This document shows, one piece after another, positions 35,412 to 48,135 of a DNA stretch of 64,000 nucleotides; position 1 is the stretch's first letter, and every line of letters begins with the position of its first letter. The stretch is taken from assembly GCA_030704615.1 (NCBI GenBank), contig CM060733.1:48484001-48548000 (forward strand). The letters are read 5' to 3'. The stretch is from Takakia lepidozioides. Lineage: Eukaryota > Plantae > Bryophyta. The notes under the pieces were generated by a model, which was given only the letters and a program-made list of their open reading frames with translations, ran no database searches and was not told the origin of the DNA. Made by a program: the position numbers and the translations under genes.

Positions 35412-36405
35412 CAGTGTTGCGCGGGTATATTGATATATATATACCCTGGTGTGGCACAGTTTAGGTACCCGGATGTATACCCTTATATCAATGATATACC
35501 CTTATCCTTATATTTACGCTGCATCAAGACGCTCAATATACCCTACTTTTCTAAAGGGTATATGTTAAAATGAAGGGTATATCTAATCAGGGTATATAAG
35601 GGCCTTTATGTGCCGTCATAGCCTTTATGTGCTAGGTCTTTTCTCATTTTGTTGTGTTGTTAGGGAGCCTTGAGCTATAAGAAAGCTCCAATCACAGCTA
35701 AAACAAATGCTACATATATATCATTCCTAAAATGTCATATAACTCAAACAATACCTCTTCAGATCTCACCTATATATATATATATAAGGAAACCTGCCCA
35801 CAATTTAGGTCCTTGAGGGGATTTTTTTTTTTTTTTTTTCAGGAAACCTGGGAGCTACAGCCCACAATTCAGGCCCTTGAGGAGGGGGAAAGATTAACCC
35901 CCTTCATTTATGGACCATGAGACCTACAGGACGATCAACGCCCCGACATACCGTCACGAATAATCCCACACACGGGCAGGGCAGCGGGTTACTAGCTGAG
36001 CTACCAGCCAATGTGCTTTTTTTTAATCTCAAACCTCCTCCATCTTGAAATTAACACCAAAATATTATGCAACATCTTATCAATTTTCTCTTTTACCCTA
36101 AATTGTTTTTTTTGTGCTTTGTACATATTGAAGAACATCATATATTCTTGAAAACCATTAAATTATATATTAATTGAAATAACTATCCATACCCGAAAAC
36201 TATTCATACCCTCAGGGTATATTTTGGCATATATATCCATAGGGGGGTTATATATAAATCTAAAAAAGTTAATTTATCCATATCCGAAGGGTAAATAATT
36301 TTTTGAGATTTTGATTTATCCATACCAGGAGGGTAAATGATTTGACAAAAATAATTTACTTATACCCTAAGGGTATATTGAAATCAATATACCTGCACAA
36401 CACTG
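35412..36405. mobile_element. hAT-type MITE 1 of a tandem pair
   Basis: 23-bp TIR CAGTGTTGCGCGGGTATATTGAT / ATCAATATACCTGCACAACACTG (2 mismatches). ATACCC/GGGTAT subterminal repeats. Confidence 0.9.
35822..36010 (-). mobile_element. Putative SINE nested in MITE 1
   Basis: The minus strand begins GGCTGGTAGCTCAGCTAG (A-box-like) and ends in an ~18-nt poly(A). B-box is weak. Confidence 0.4.
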
Positions 36406-36413
36406 GTCCAAAC

Positions 36414-36769
36414 CAGTGTTGTGCAGGTACCCGCTTAGGCGGGTTGGAACCGGCGGTTCTGGTCGGTTCTTCGGAACCGGTACTGGAACCGAAACCGGGG
36501 GAGCAAGGACGACCCGGCTCCAGAACAGGAGGACACGGCGGGTATGGGTTTTTCCAGGAACCGGCTGGGAACTGGAACCGGGGGTCAGTGGCGGTTCCGG
36601 ATTAGGGTTGTTTTTTTTTTTGTTTTGTTTTTCCCGTGATCTGTCGTCTCTCACCTCCAATCTGCGCGATCTGCTGCAGTAGGGCGACTTCAGTGCGGGG
36701 GAGGGAGCAGCGCATAGCAGCACGGGGAGGAAGGAGCAACGCGCCTCAACGCGGGGGCGAGGGAGCAGC

Positions 36770-36801
<32 letters not shown>

Positions 36802-37282
36802 CCTTTTTTTCTCCACGTTGTATCATCTCTCACGTCTGTTTTTGAATAGTGAGGAAGTCCACTTAGATGACAACGTGGAGTTGATTGCAAAGGCCGAGTT
36901 GTTTGATATAAAATGATTTCTTTGTGTACTCTACACACATTAATTTATAATCGCTTACATCGTATTATTATTATTATTTCATAAATTTGTATGTGAATGT
37001 TATGTTGTTTCTTTTCAACATGGTCAAAAGATTTGATATAACTAATGGGATCATTTTCAGATTTATAAAAAACGATCAAAAATTTAATATATATTTTTAA
37101 ATTCAAAAAATAGAGAACCGGAACCAGAAACTGGAACAGGCGGTTCCTTCCCAAAAAATACCCGGAACCGGGACCGGAATCTGCTCATGAATTTTGGAAC
37201 CGGAACCGGAACCGTCTCTTTAAATATACCAAGGAACCGGAACCGGAGGTTCCTTCAATAAGGCAAGAACCGCACAACACTG
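36414..37282 (+). mobile_element. Internally deleted derivative of the 1900-8426 hAT (MITE 2)
   Basis: Colinear with both ends of the large element and retains the transposase 3' tip (gagttgattgca.aggcc.agttgtttga). TIRs CAGTGTTGTGCAG / CCGCACAACACTG. Confidence 0.93.
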
Positions 37283-37290
37283 GTTTGGAC

Positions 37291-40200
37291 CTGGCATATT
37301 TGGGCTTGAGGAGAAAGAGAAAGCAGTGCGGAGTGGCGAGTCAGTGCAAGTGCAGCTGAGAGCCAGTGAAATTGAGCTCCTGGAGACTGTCACCCTCTTG
37401 AAAAAGACCCAACAAGGCGAGGAACAATCACGGCGTGCTTGATGCTCCAACCACAGCAAACTGCCTGCTTGTTGGACTCCCAGCCTATCAGTATTAGAGA
37501 CATTCAAAGTAGAGGTAAACCACAATTAGAACGTCTGACTGATTCTGTAAGGTGGGGTGCCCGTATGCCACAAGGCATGTCTAATCCTCCTGATCAAGAA
37601 CTTTCTGTCAGGAAGGGCGTCTCCCTAACGAGAGGAAAGTAGTGACCCCAGATTCATGATAAAGAGGACAGTGAAAGAAGAAATTCTCTTCAATCTTAAT
37701 CTCAGGCCTGTCTTGTTTAGTGAAATCACTGAAATTCCAGTCGTTTTTAGTGGATTAGTATTGCTTGGTACGTGAATTCTTGTATTTCAAAAACAAATCT
37801 GTTGTAGTACATGGGCATACATGCTAAGGGACCAAGTGCTGTCATTTATTCATACAAGTGCTTTTGGACCTGTCGTTTTCTACTATTGTATGAGCCTAAG
37901 TCTAGTGCGTGCTACTGGGGGCAGCTTTAGAAGTGGAGTGACTCCAGCACTACTCCCTACGTTCACGCACGAACTCATTTCTATCTTTATATAGGTATGG
38001 ACTTGCAGCTGTGCAGGTAAGTGTATGATGTTCAGCTTTGATGTCTCTTTGCTTTGGTGTTGTCCCATGAGGCCTCTTGGCCTCAGTGGAGGTAATTATC
38101 CTTTTAATTTCCTTTATGAGTGGACAAAATAGAGCTTCGAGACTTACTTTGGAAATTGGAAATGTTGTTTGGTGATTCCTTGGTTGAATAGGCCCTGCAG
38201 GCCACCACCAGACATAATTAGTTTCTTCTTCGTCTGTGTCTGTGGCCACAAGGGACAGAAGTTTAGTAACATGAGGTGGTCGTCTTGGAACTGGCTAGTC
38301 ATTCCATTTCCTATTTATGTTAGGGGATGTCTTAGTAAGAAGAACAACGGCCCACTCGCACAAAGTTCATGCGTAGGGCCCCGACATTGCCAGGTTACAT
38401 AAATTCTTGCAGTTGTGGTCATTGCCAAGCCAATTACGTGCTTTAAATACTGTCTGAAAATTGCTGGAGCACAGATTCAATTGTGAGAGTTCAAATCCTC
38501 ATCAGCAAGATGCTCCACAAAGTGACTTTGGGCGCAAGACTGAAGTCCCTCTGAGGCCCAAAGATGTGCCCTTGTTTCCAGGAGAAAAGTGGGAGGTTAA
38601 TTTGGGAATTTTGTCAAAATCTGCCACAAGTGCCACTTGTGAACACCACTAAAGAAAATGACAAACCAGTTAGTGGGAAAGGTGCAAGCAGTACAAGGAA
38701 GTGATAACCCTGAAATTTCATTTTAGGTTTATTAGATCTTCCACACTGATCCAGATTCCCAGAGAAAGCACCCCTCATAGAAGTCAGGTTATGACACAGT
38801 GAGCTTCAGATGTTATTTCAAGAGTGTAACAGGTTTTCAAACTTTTGTTGTGTAGTTTTGTAGGGGGTTCCAGGTGCCAATGCGAGGGCCCAGGATAGTG
38901 TTCACTGCGGAAGTTGGAAAGAACCTGCAACAACCACACACCTATGTGAGCCTTCCCACCAGTTTGAGGCTTTCTGTCTCCATTCATTTTGTGAGCCCTT
39001 GACTAGTTTAGGGTTTTTGTCCTTTTAAGGATGGGTTTGGAACCATTAATTAGAAACCCCGCTATTTATCTTGCGAATCATGGCTTATCAAGGCAGAAAG
39101 ACAGTATGAAAAAATATGATGCCCTATCAAAGCAAAGCAATCTCGCCATGTCCAAAATCAAGGTCTGTCTTTGTAGGTGTCTGGCTGTTCACTGGTAGAG
39201 TCACTGGGGGTCACCTATGTGCAAGGATCTGGGAAGCTTGCAAGTTTGGGTTAAATTGAGTCAGTCCTGTCGGTGGGAACAAGTGTGAGCTTTTCAGCTG
39301 CTTGTGTTCAAATTTGCGTGGTCAAAACTAAGATGTTAGGTGAAACAAGGGAGAAGATTTCTTTCAGAGCTAAAGACCTTTATCTGGGTTTCAAACAACT
39401 CTTTTTGAAGTGTTCACACATGTCAAAACCATAGAAACAATATGCTTTTGTTTAGCAGAACAACTTTCCAAGTCTGTCTTCTGCACTTGAGTTGGTGGTC
39501 TATGTCAGCTCAGCCAGGCAACCAAAAACTCCTGTGCTGTCTCCGTGAGCATTGAAGTCCCCTGTATATATCTCTCCAGCCCTGACTAACCTATGAAATG
39601 CATCCTCTTCGAGTGGATGCAGCAGGATCAGATCAAGCCTGAAATAGATGACATCTGGTCACAGCTTCTTTGCAAAGGTGACCAAGTTTCCTACAATAAC
39701 CCATCACTCTCCACCGTGTTTCAAAGCCCTTCTTTACAGGTCAGATATTATTCCGCAGATGTCCATCTCTCAAAGTCGAATACGTTGCTCACAGTACATG
39801 TGCTGCTCCCTCATCTCCTACTTAACTGTGTCTATTGGGAGAATCCATTTAAGAAGTTTGTAACTTTCTCAAATATTCAGTGAGGACTAAGCAACACTAT
39901 TACCATTAGAAACAATGTCAAGCAGAAGTGCTTTGCGTCATTCAACCTTTGTAATGGATGGAGACTTCATCACTGTGTCATTTGGATGCTGTTGCATAGG
40001 TCCCAGTGCCCACTTTTGGGGGTTGCACGACAGTACCAGCAGGACCCTTCATGAAGTAGAAAGGGTGGTGAGCCACTCTGTCTCTATCAATGAGACAACA
40101 GATGTGGGCGACTTGGCCACACCTGGCACCAAACCAATGGCAGAGAGTGAGCCATCCAACATACAATTGCCTGAAGACGACATAAAGTCACTCACCCAGC

Positions 40201-41310
40201 ACCAAACCAATGGCAGGTCCAGAGAGTGAACCATCCAACATACAATTGCCTGAAGACGACATAAAGTCACTCACCCATCTTAAGCATGAGACAGGTTGGA
40301 AGGAAGAAGGTGGTAGAATGTCAAACATGTCCACCAGGGTATGTATTTGTTCAAGAAATGCAGCACACAGAGATGGGGGGTCAAGACAAACAATCAGCAA
40401 AGCAGTTGTGTCAAGGTCAAGCTCCAAGGATTCAAACTACAGAGCTTGCAGTTTCGAGCAAGCCCCTGCTACTGAAGAAGCAGCTGGAGACGATATGGCC
40501 TACTCAGAGGAGAGTTGCTCTAACTCTATGTTTCGAGCACCCAGTGTCAGGACCCCGGGTGTTGCCCTCCAAGACCTGCTATGGTGGGAACAGGTAGGGA
40601 AAGAAGATATTCGGAGGAACCAGCTGTGGAGTCGGGTGTGAAATCTGAACAAGGCAGCTACAGCCCTGCAGAGGACACTGTTGGGGACCCAATTGCTTGG
40701 CTTGATGATTGCGGATCGTGCGCCTTATCCCTGACAGCCCAGCGTGCTGGGATTCCCCATCCGGCAGCGCAGCCAGCGTGTCATTTTCCCAGTATCATCC
40801 CGATTTTAGTTTTACTCCTGACTCCGAAGGTGCCTCAAACAGAGGTTTTGGGGAGCATGTTCATCAAACATGGCTTATGTGTGCCTTCATTGTATCTCTA
40901 TGTATAGTTGGATGGGTAACTCTTTGGTGGACCTCGGCACATTTCAGAAAGAGAATGCAGTGCGGAGTGGTGAGTCATTGCAATTGAAATTGAGCTCCTG
41001 GAGACTGTCACTCTCTTGAAAAAGACCCAGCAAGGTGAGGAACAAGCACAGCCTGGTTGTTGCTCCAACCACAGAAAACTGCCTGCTTGTTGGACTAGCC
41101 AGCCTATCAGTATTTCTTGGAGACACTCAAAGTACAGATTAAATCAATCCTACTTCCCTTCTTCTATCCTTCTGCAGGATAAGAAAAAGACCATGGGAAG
41201 CTCAAGGGGCTTGTGGGACAACAGGAAACAAGAGTGGGGTCCCCAACAACCAGCCACCACAATCACCACAATCATAACAGTAAAATTCAAATTTGACTGA
41301 TTCTGTAAGA
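37291..41310 (+). repeat. ~250-bp direct repeats (37291-37550 and 40930-41310) flanking a decayed coding-like region
   Basis: Shared gcagtgcggagtgg.gagtca...gaaattgagctcctggagactgtcac.ctcttgaaaaagaccca...gcctatcagtatt...gactgattctgtaag. Confidence 0.75.
40127..40277 (+). repeat. ~73-bp tandem duplication
   Basis: caccaaaccaatggcag...ccatccaacatacaattgcctgaagacgacataaagtcactcaccca occurs twice. Confidence 0.85.
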
Positions 41311-41853
41311 GATTTATGTCGAGATATAATGTTGTGTTCTGGAATACTACTTGATTGTCTTTAAGCTGGCTCAAAGAGATGGCAACTTTAGTGACAACAT
41401 TCTGCATGTGGAGCATGAGCATGCAATGGTTCTCATGTACACGGATTCATTAATCCTTGGATGTGTCAACAGTATATATGAACTGGGGAACAGACAACAC
41501 ACCCCACATTTGTGAAATTATTTTTTGAGAACAATTCAGCTGCTAGACTCAACTTGGATGCTGGAAAGAGGGAACCAATCCTCCAATTTTGAAGGGAAAT
41601 TTGCTGCTGTCATCAAATCTGATGTTACCCACAATTTGTGCATCACAACCATGAGAGTGAGATGAAATCCATAACTAATGGCTTGTTTTCTGGAAACTTT
41701 TAGGGTTATTAGTAGTGTTTGGAATGCTGGATTGGAATTTGTTCCTGCATTGCAGTGTTTGCATCCGGCGTGTCCAGCACAGACGAATTCTGCGTCATAA
41801 ATTTCTGTTTGAGTTTGAAGTTGATTGGAGGGAGTGATTATGAGAAGCTGACC

Positions 41854-44800
41854 ATGGATCGCAGCAGTAGCAGCGAGCATACAAAGATTGAAGACCACTT
41901 GCCAGGCATGAATCTATCGAAGCCCGTTCCTGTTGTGTATGTGGCAATCTTCTCACGAGCTCTTTTGATCGCTCTGTTTTGGCTATGGCGAACCCTTGCT
42001 CGCCCCTACGACACCTCCGCTGAGCTTACCCCGCATTGCCTGACTTCAAACCGCGGTATGTCATTGTTAGTGTTACTTTGTGTTTCCTCGATGATGCATT
42101 ATGATCAGCTAAATTGTTACTATCTTGGTACATGGATTACTGCAGGAGTGTTACCAGAAAATTGTATTTCTTATTGTTCGATCTCTCTCTTACACCCACA
42201 ATGCCATTGGGTTAGAGTGCCCCTCCTACAAGGGCTTGCGGCTTAGTGGGACACTGCTAGCGGTACAACTCTCCTCCTTATACTGGCAGGATGGACTGCA
42301 TTCTAAGAACTTTTCCTGGCCTGTTATGGGCTTCGCCTCGTGTCTTGGTTCCAATTGCCAGTTGGCTGCCGAAGCCTTTGATGAGTTTTCCTGCCATGCA
42401 ACTGTCATGATCTCCACACGAGCGTCAGGCTGGTATCTGAGGATGTCCTGTCCTTTTTGGGGGGCTTACTCTTACTTAGAAAACCCGGTTGTCTCAACCA
42501 CTCTCCCCTCGGTAGGCTTCATTCAGAATGCTGTCCTGTTTGTGATTTGTGAAGGTTGTGCGTGAAGAATGCCATTTTCCTCTTAAAAATGAAAAAGATT
42601 GCAAAGGAAAAGAGGTTAAGAGTGGACTGATTGGTCCTGATGATCGCTCTGGGCGTCCACTCAGATTATCAGTTACCAGTGAAGTGGGAGAGCTTGGGTC
42701 GGGCAATTGAAGCTACAGTGGTCTGGGACTCTGTCTTCTATGTACGAATTGCAGAGTGTGGATATGAATATGAGCAGACACATGCATTTCAACCTGTTTT
42801 CCCCCTCTCCATGCGGATTCTGGCCAATACTGGTATGCTACTGGTCTCCAACTGGTTAACAGGCGTGCCTACATTCCTACATTCGACTTTCCTTGAACAG
42901 TTCAGATTAGGGTTTAAGGGATTGAATATGGACTGGTATCTCAACCCTCTGAAGGAACAAGGATATTATGGAATGATTGTTGGATGGCAGAGTGCACAAA
43001 ATGCAGTGCATTCCACTGGATAAGAAGAATAATAATAAGTCCTTCACCCATAAGGCAACCTCTGGTTAGGAGATATCCACTTCGAAAGTTCATTTACAGT
43101 GTGGCCAAGGAAATTTTGAGGCCCAAGTTTGTGGTGTGGTCTGTAAGTGCCCAGTTTCACGTGTCATTTACACTATGTTGAACAGGTCTCATCAAACAAT
43201 ATGACAACATAAGCACCCCTCTAAGCATTGGTTTCTAGTCCAGCGAAATCTAAAATGCGAATGATTGCCAGTGTTGAACAGATTGGTTCCATTGGTAGGC
43301 TACAGAGCGACACTTGCTATCTCAGGATACCTCATCACCAACTTGAGTTTTGTCTTGGCTGCGTTCTATCTTCATAAGCTGGCGCTGTACGTCCTGGAGG
43401 ATGAACATCAAGCATGGCGGGCTACAGTTCTCTTCTGCTTCAACCCGGCCTCTGTCTTCTACTCTACAATGTATCCTTCTGTATTGTGCTTTTTGACCCT
43501 CCCTGTCATCAAGCAAGGTTTACCATGTTTCCTACATTTTCCTGAAAAAATTCAGATAGATAGAAAGGTCTTGTTCCTCCTCTTTCCTAGTCTCTAACCC
43601 TAGGACCAACCATACAACTGAGTAGGGAAACTGGGTGACTAGCCCCAAATCCAGACATATGCAGGAATCTAGATATCCTGACGTAAGATAATTTACTAAT
43701 TTACAACTGAGCTCCTGTGATACTGAGCAGTAAGATGGATCCTAGTAGAGATGAAGCAGTTCCTGACGGCCAACAGATACTCAGAGAGCCTCTTCTCGTT
43801 ATTATCATTTGCTGGCCTTTGGCTTTTTGTGGTGGGGGCAAAGTGGAAGGCTGTAATGTTATTTGGGCTGTCAAGTGGGGTGCGCTCAAATGGCGTGCTG
43901 CACTCCGGATTCTTCCTTTTCCAGGCGATGCACCTCTCTTTCCAGGCAGTATCTCGCCAAGGCAGGCCACTGGTAACCATCTCTGCCTCTCTCCAACCCA
44001 ACATGTATCTTCTTTCCCCCCATCATATACCTCATCTATCCTATGGTATTTGAAATATTGTAAACAGGACTGGGCAGGGAAAGGGGCAAACTTATTTACC
44101 CAGTTGCAGATTTCTTGCTCAAACTCATGCAATTGTTGGATGTTAGATCTACCAATACCAAATATAGGCTTCTGTTTGTTTGGCTCTTTATTGGCTGTGG
44201 AAGTTGCAGTTTGTCAGTAAGCATCACGAAACAGGTGATATCATAGGGTGGAAAAATGAGCCTCATGCTCACCTTCTCTGTCTGAACAGGAGTGTCAGAA
44301 CCACTCTAGTACTTCACTTAAACAGAGCCCTTTGTGGATATAAGACCTCAAATGAACTTAAAGAAGAACTTACAGTGCCACCATGGTATGAAAACAGCTG
44401 TCTTAATAATGGTAGTGGGATGTAAATCTGTTGATCTAGACAAGACTATATTACTCATGCCAATTAGAAAGAACTTAAGAATTCTTTGCACAGGTGGCTG
44501 TGCTTGCAGTGGTCATGGCAATCGTGCAATGTCTGGGAGTGGTTGCGCCGTTCGTTGCATTCCAAAGTTATGGCTACTCGCAGCTGTGTTTCAGGTCAGC
44601 TGCTGAAGGGGAGGCGACTGTCCGCCGGTGGTGCCATGCAAGAGTGCCTTACCTTTACGGATTTGTTCAAAGCCACTACTGGTGTGTCTGTCCTAGCAAA
44701 CTTGGTATCATATTTTCAGTGTCTGTTGATGTGCTCACATTTGCCTGTTGGGGGCGAGGGAAAGAATGCACTCATAAGACGTCTTTTGCATACACAGCTG

Positions 44801-46016
44801 CTTTAAGAAGATAGTGATCTGTCCAGGTGGCACCTTGCCATATTGTCGGAGAAAGATGGGTACAATTTGCGAGATGTATATTAACGGTGACTGGATCTTG
44901 TCTTCCTCCTGTGGTAGGAACGTAGGCTTCCTTCGTTATTTTGAAGCAAAGCAGATTCCCAATTTCATACTGGCATCCCCCATGCTAGTTCTTGCAGTCT
45001 GTGCAATCACATCATACGCGCAGAGACAGCACCAGCTGCTCTTCTCCCTTGGGTTCAAGTCCACTCCAGCACAGTGGCGGAAACTCACATTGTTGCCACC
45101 CTTGGACCGAAAGTTTGTGAAGAATCTCGACCATGGCTCAGAAGAAGTCCAGCCTGGTTTGTCTGTGCTTTCTCCGGAGGCCTTCCATGGTAATATCATC
45201 CAGACATTCACCCAATGACATGTGCTGTGGGTTGGCTGTGGCCACATGGTCACTTCTGTGTCAAGATACATCACATCACCTCATTGAAGGACCTTTTAGA
45301 AGATAACACTGGAGCCTTTGCAGCTGCTGGTTATCACCTGCTTATTCCTGCAGTCTTTGGTTTTGTCCGTACTTGCAGCAAAAACGCTTCCTTCAGCTCC
45401 CCACTTGATATCAAGGTCTTTCAGTCAGCAGTTAAAAGGAGTTTACCATCTCATTTGTTCCAACTGGATGGAATAAAATCATGTGCCCCAAGAAAACTTA
45501 GCTTGAATGCAATGAAGGACTCCTTTGACTTACACATAGATAGTGCTGGTGTGGGTTCTGCAGAGCTTCGACAAAGGCGAGGCAGGAAATTGGGATCTGA
45601 TGTGTCCAAAGAACAAGAAATGGACGTAGGCAACAGCCTAGGGGGGTTCTTCTCACCAGCAACCATGTGCTTTTTGATTCAGCTGGCAGTTATGGCGTCA
45701 GTTGCGAGTTTCGCCATGCACGTGCAGGTGGGTTAGTGTTGTAAAATAAATGTGTGTATGAGAGAGAGGGTTGTGGGGCGAATTGTGTAGGTTTATGTTG
45801 ATCATTTTTGCACGTATTCACCTGATGGTGGATGTTATGTAATTGCAGGTAGCGACAAGGTTTTTGTCTGTGAGCCCTGTGATATACTGGTATGCAGCGC
45901 ATTTGATGGAGGTTTTCATGTGTGGGCAGCAGGTTGGCCGCCTCATATGGACAGTGTTCTTCAGCTACATAGGCCTTGGCTCGCTGTTGTTCATCAATTT
46001 CTACCCTTTCACATGA
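41854..46016 (+). CDS. PIGV: GPI mannosyltransferase 2 (PIG-V/GPI18), 8 exons
   Basis: Exons 41854-42055, 42665-42832, 43272-43470, 43777-43972, 44494-44681, 44918-45189, 45564-45727, 45849-46016, in phase. Motifs PYDTSA, VWDSVFY, HAFQP, FCFNPASVFYS-IYSESLF, RSNG, YWNVGFLRYF, MHVQVATRFLS, NFYPFT. Confidence 0.93.
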
Positions 46017-46898
46017 TTTAATTATTGGTAGAAAGGCGTCTCTCTTGAGCAATAGTACCCAATACCCCCTTCTGGGACAGGTAGATTGGGTATATGCTCT
46101 CCTCTCTCTTGCGGTCGTCCTCGATCTCAACCTGCAGTTGTGGGTGGAAGAGGAAGGTGCAATGGAGATCTCTATCAAACCCAGGGCATCACATTCTTCT
46201 GCACACAGGCAATATACTCTTGTGGACATCGACCCCATCTTAATTGATTGAGTCTTGGGGGGGCCTGGTGGACCTTCCATTGTATCCTGCTGCATCGATG
46301 CACATATGTGTTAGCACATGTGTGAGGGAGACTGGAGAAAGGGGGAGGTCCTTGGGTTCACAGCACCCAAATTCTTGATGAGTGAAAATGGATATTGTAC
46401 CTTAGCGCATTTCCTGGAACATCCCAGAGGCACATGCAGACAAATAGAAGCGGTTGTCTGTAGTTGAAATACCAACCCAGTACTACATTGATGCCATCCA
46501 ACAATGGTCTATGTACATGGGTTGGAATGCTCCAGTAGCATGTCCCATGTATTGATGAGAGGTGCCGAGCCTATAGATTGACTGAACTTGAGGTCTGGCA
46601 ACTGCAATCATACAACTGAATCAATTCTCTAATCCCAGTCAGACTTAGATGGTTCTCTGGGATTAGGAGCCCTGTGCATTAATGGTCAAAAGGAGAAAAC
46701 TTGCAACTGAGGAACTATCATCAAAACCAGAGATCTCAAACATCAATTTTCTCAGTCACTAAGCAGTGCTCTGCGACTCTTGAATTTTTCAAAACAAGAG
46801 GTGTTTTGCTTCTTTGGAATGAATATAATGGGATGATGAATTGTAGAGATCAGTGAAATCGGATTACCTTTGTACATTATGTTTGGTCAGTGGTGGTG

Positions 46899-48135
46899 GA
46901 GTGGCTCCTCTCGGTCAGTGATCACATTGTGGAGCCGGTCCCTTCTTGGTGTGTATACGAGGTGGGGATAAGTGGTTATACATACCCAGATGGAGCTGGT
47001 AACCACTTATGCCCACCTCGTATACACGAATTTTTTCCTTCTTGCACGGGTTGGGTAAGTTGGAAAGATGTCTCCAATGTTGGAATATTACCTAGTGTGC
47101 CTTCAGCAATTTAAGGAGGTTAGCAGGAGGTGTAAATATCATTCACGTGACTTTTGAAGATGCAATACATAATTTTGATTGGGATTGTTATGAACACGAC
47201 TGTTGTGTTGCATCTGGCAGGAAGGTCTAAGTTGCAAGGTTAATATTAGACTAGTTCGCCAACAGCAGATTAAAAGCCAAAGTGCTACATGTCAAGTTAC
47301 GCTTCTCTGTAATGGCAAAAACTCATTACAAAGTCAAGGAATGGCTTACTACTGACTGAGTAAAGCCATCCAACCAAAACAGATGGTCCATGATCCACAT
47401 GAAAATTACAAACTGACGCGTACAAGAAATGCAACCCTTTCTGAAGAAATCTACACAGGAAGTCCCATTACCTGGAAGATTAGTGATGGCATTGGAAATG
47501 GCTAGGGCTGTGCAGACCCCTTTAGCACCACCCGACATGTCCTCTCCAAGTAGCAGCTTTGCAAATCTCTCTGTCATCATCTCCACCTCTGCAGCATAAC
47601 AAATCCGAGAACAAGCATATGACATGACAAGCCAATCTCCACAACAATTGCCCCACCAAAAAGATATATGGCAAGTTGAAGGACCATACAGCTGACTCTA
47701 CTTTGCAGAGACAAACAGCCATAAGTTAACTTACACCCTAACCTAGGGTCACAGTATTTGACAGCATCACATTCACAATGATTAATAAATACTTACCACC
47801 ACCTTACCAATCGAATTTAACTGGCTAAAATGCTTGGTTGTTCTTAGTTTGAGATTTCGGCCAAGTTACACTTCCTTCAAAAAACCACAGCTTGAAGCCA
47901 TGCCAGCTCTTGGTCTAGGTGACATCCAGCCCATAACAATACACACAGGAGCCAACAAAGACATTTCAACATTTCAACCTCTTAACTTGGCAGTAATCTA
48001 AGATGAATGAAATGCACAGATAGAAACACCTGAAAGTTCGATTTCCCTTTTCTCTCTTTTCTACTCACATGAACGCATCCCTCCCACTGTTCAATTTTGA
48101 TGGTGAAGACTCTGCATTTGCCCTATCCCTTCTGC
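46899..48135. pseudogene. RopGEF (PRONE domain) fragments in opposing orientations
   Basis: Minus-strand exon 47588-47472 reads [38 protein letters not shown] with cag/gt ends. An upstream exon remnant ends at 48030. Plus-strand 46899-46949 reads EWLLSVSDHIVEPVPSW. Confidence 0.8.

Noticed and set aside
37291-41310. LTR retrotransposon
   Set aside because: The direct repeats lack TG...CA termini, PBS, PPT and TSD, and no gag/pol motifs are present.
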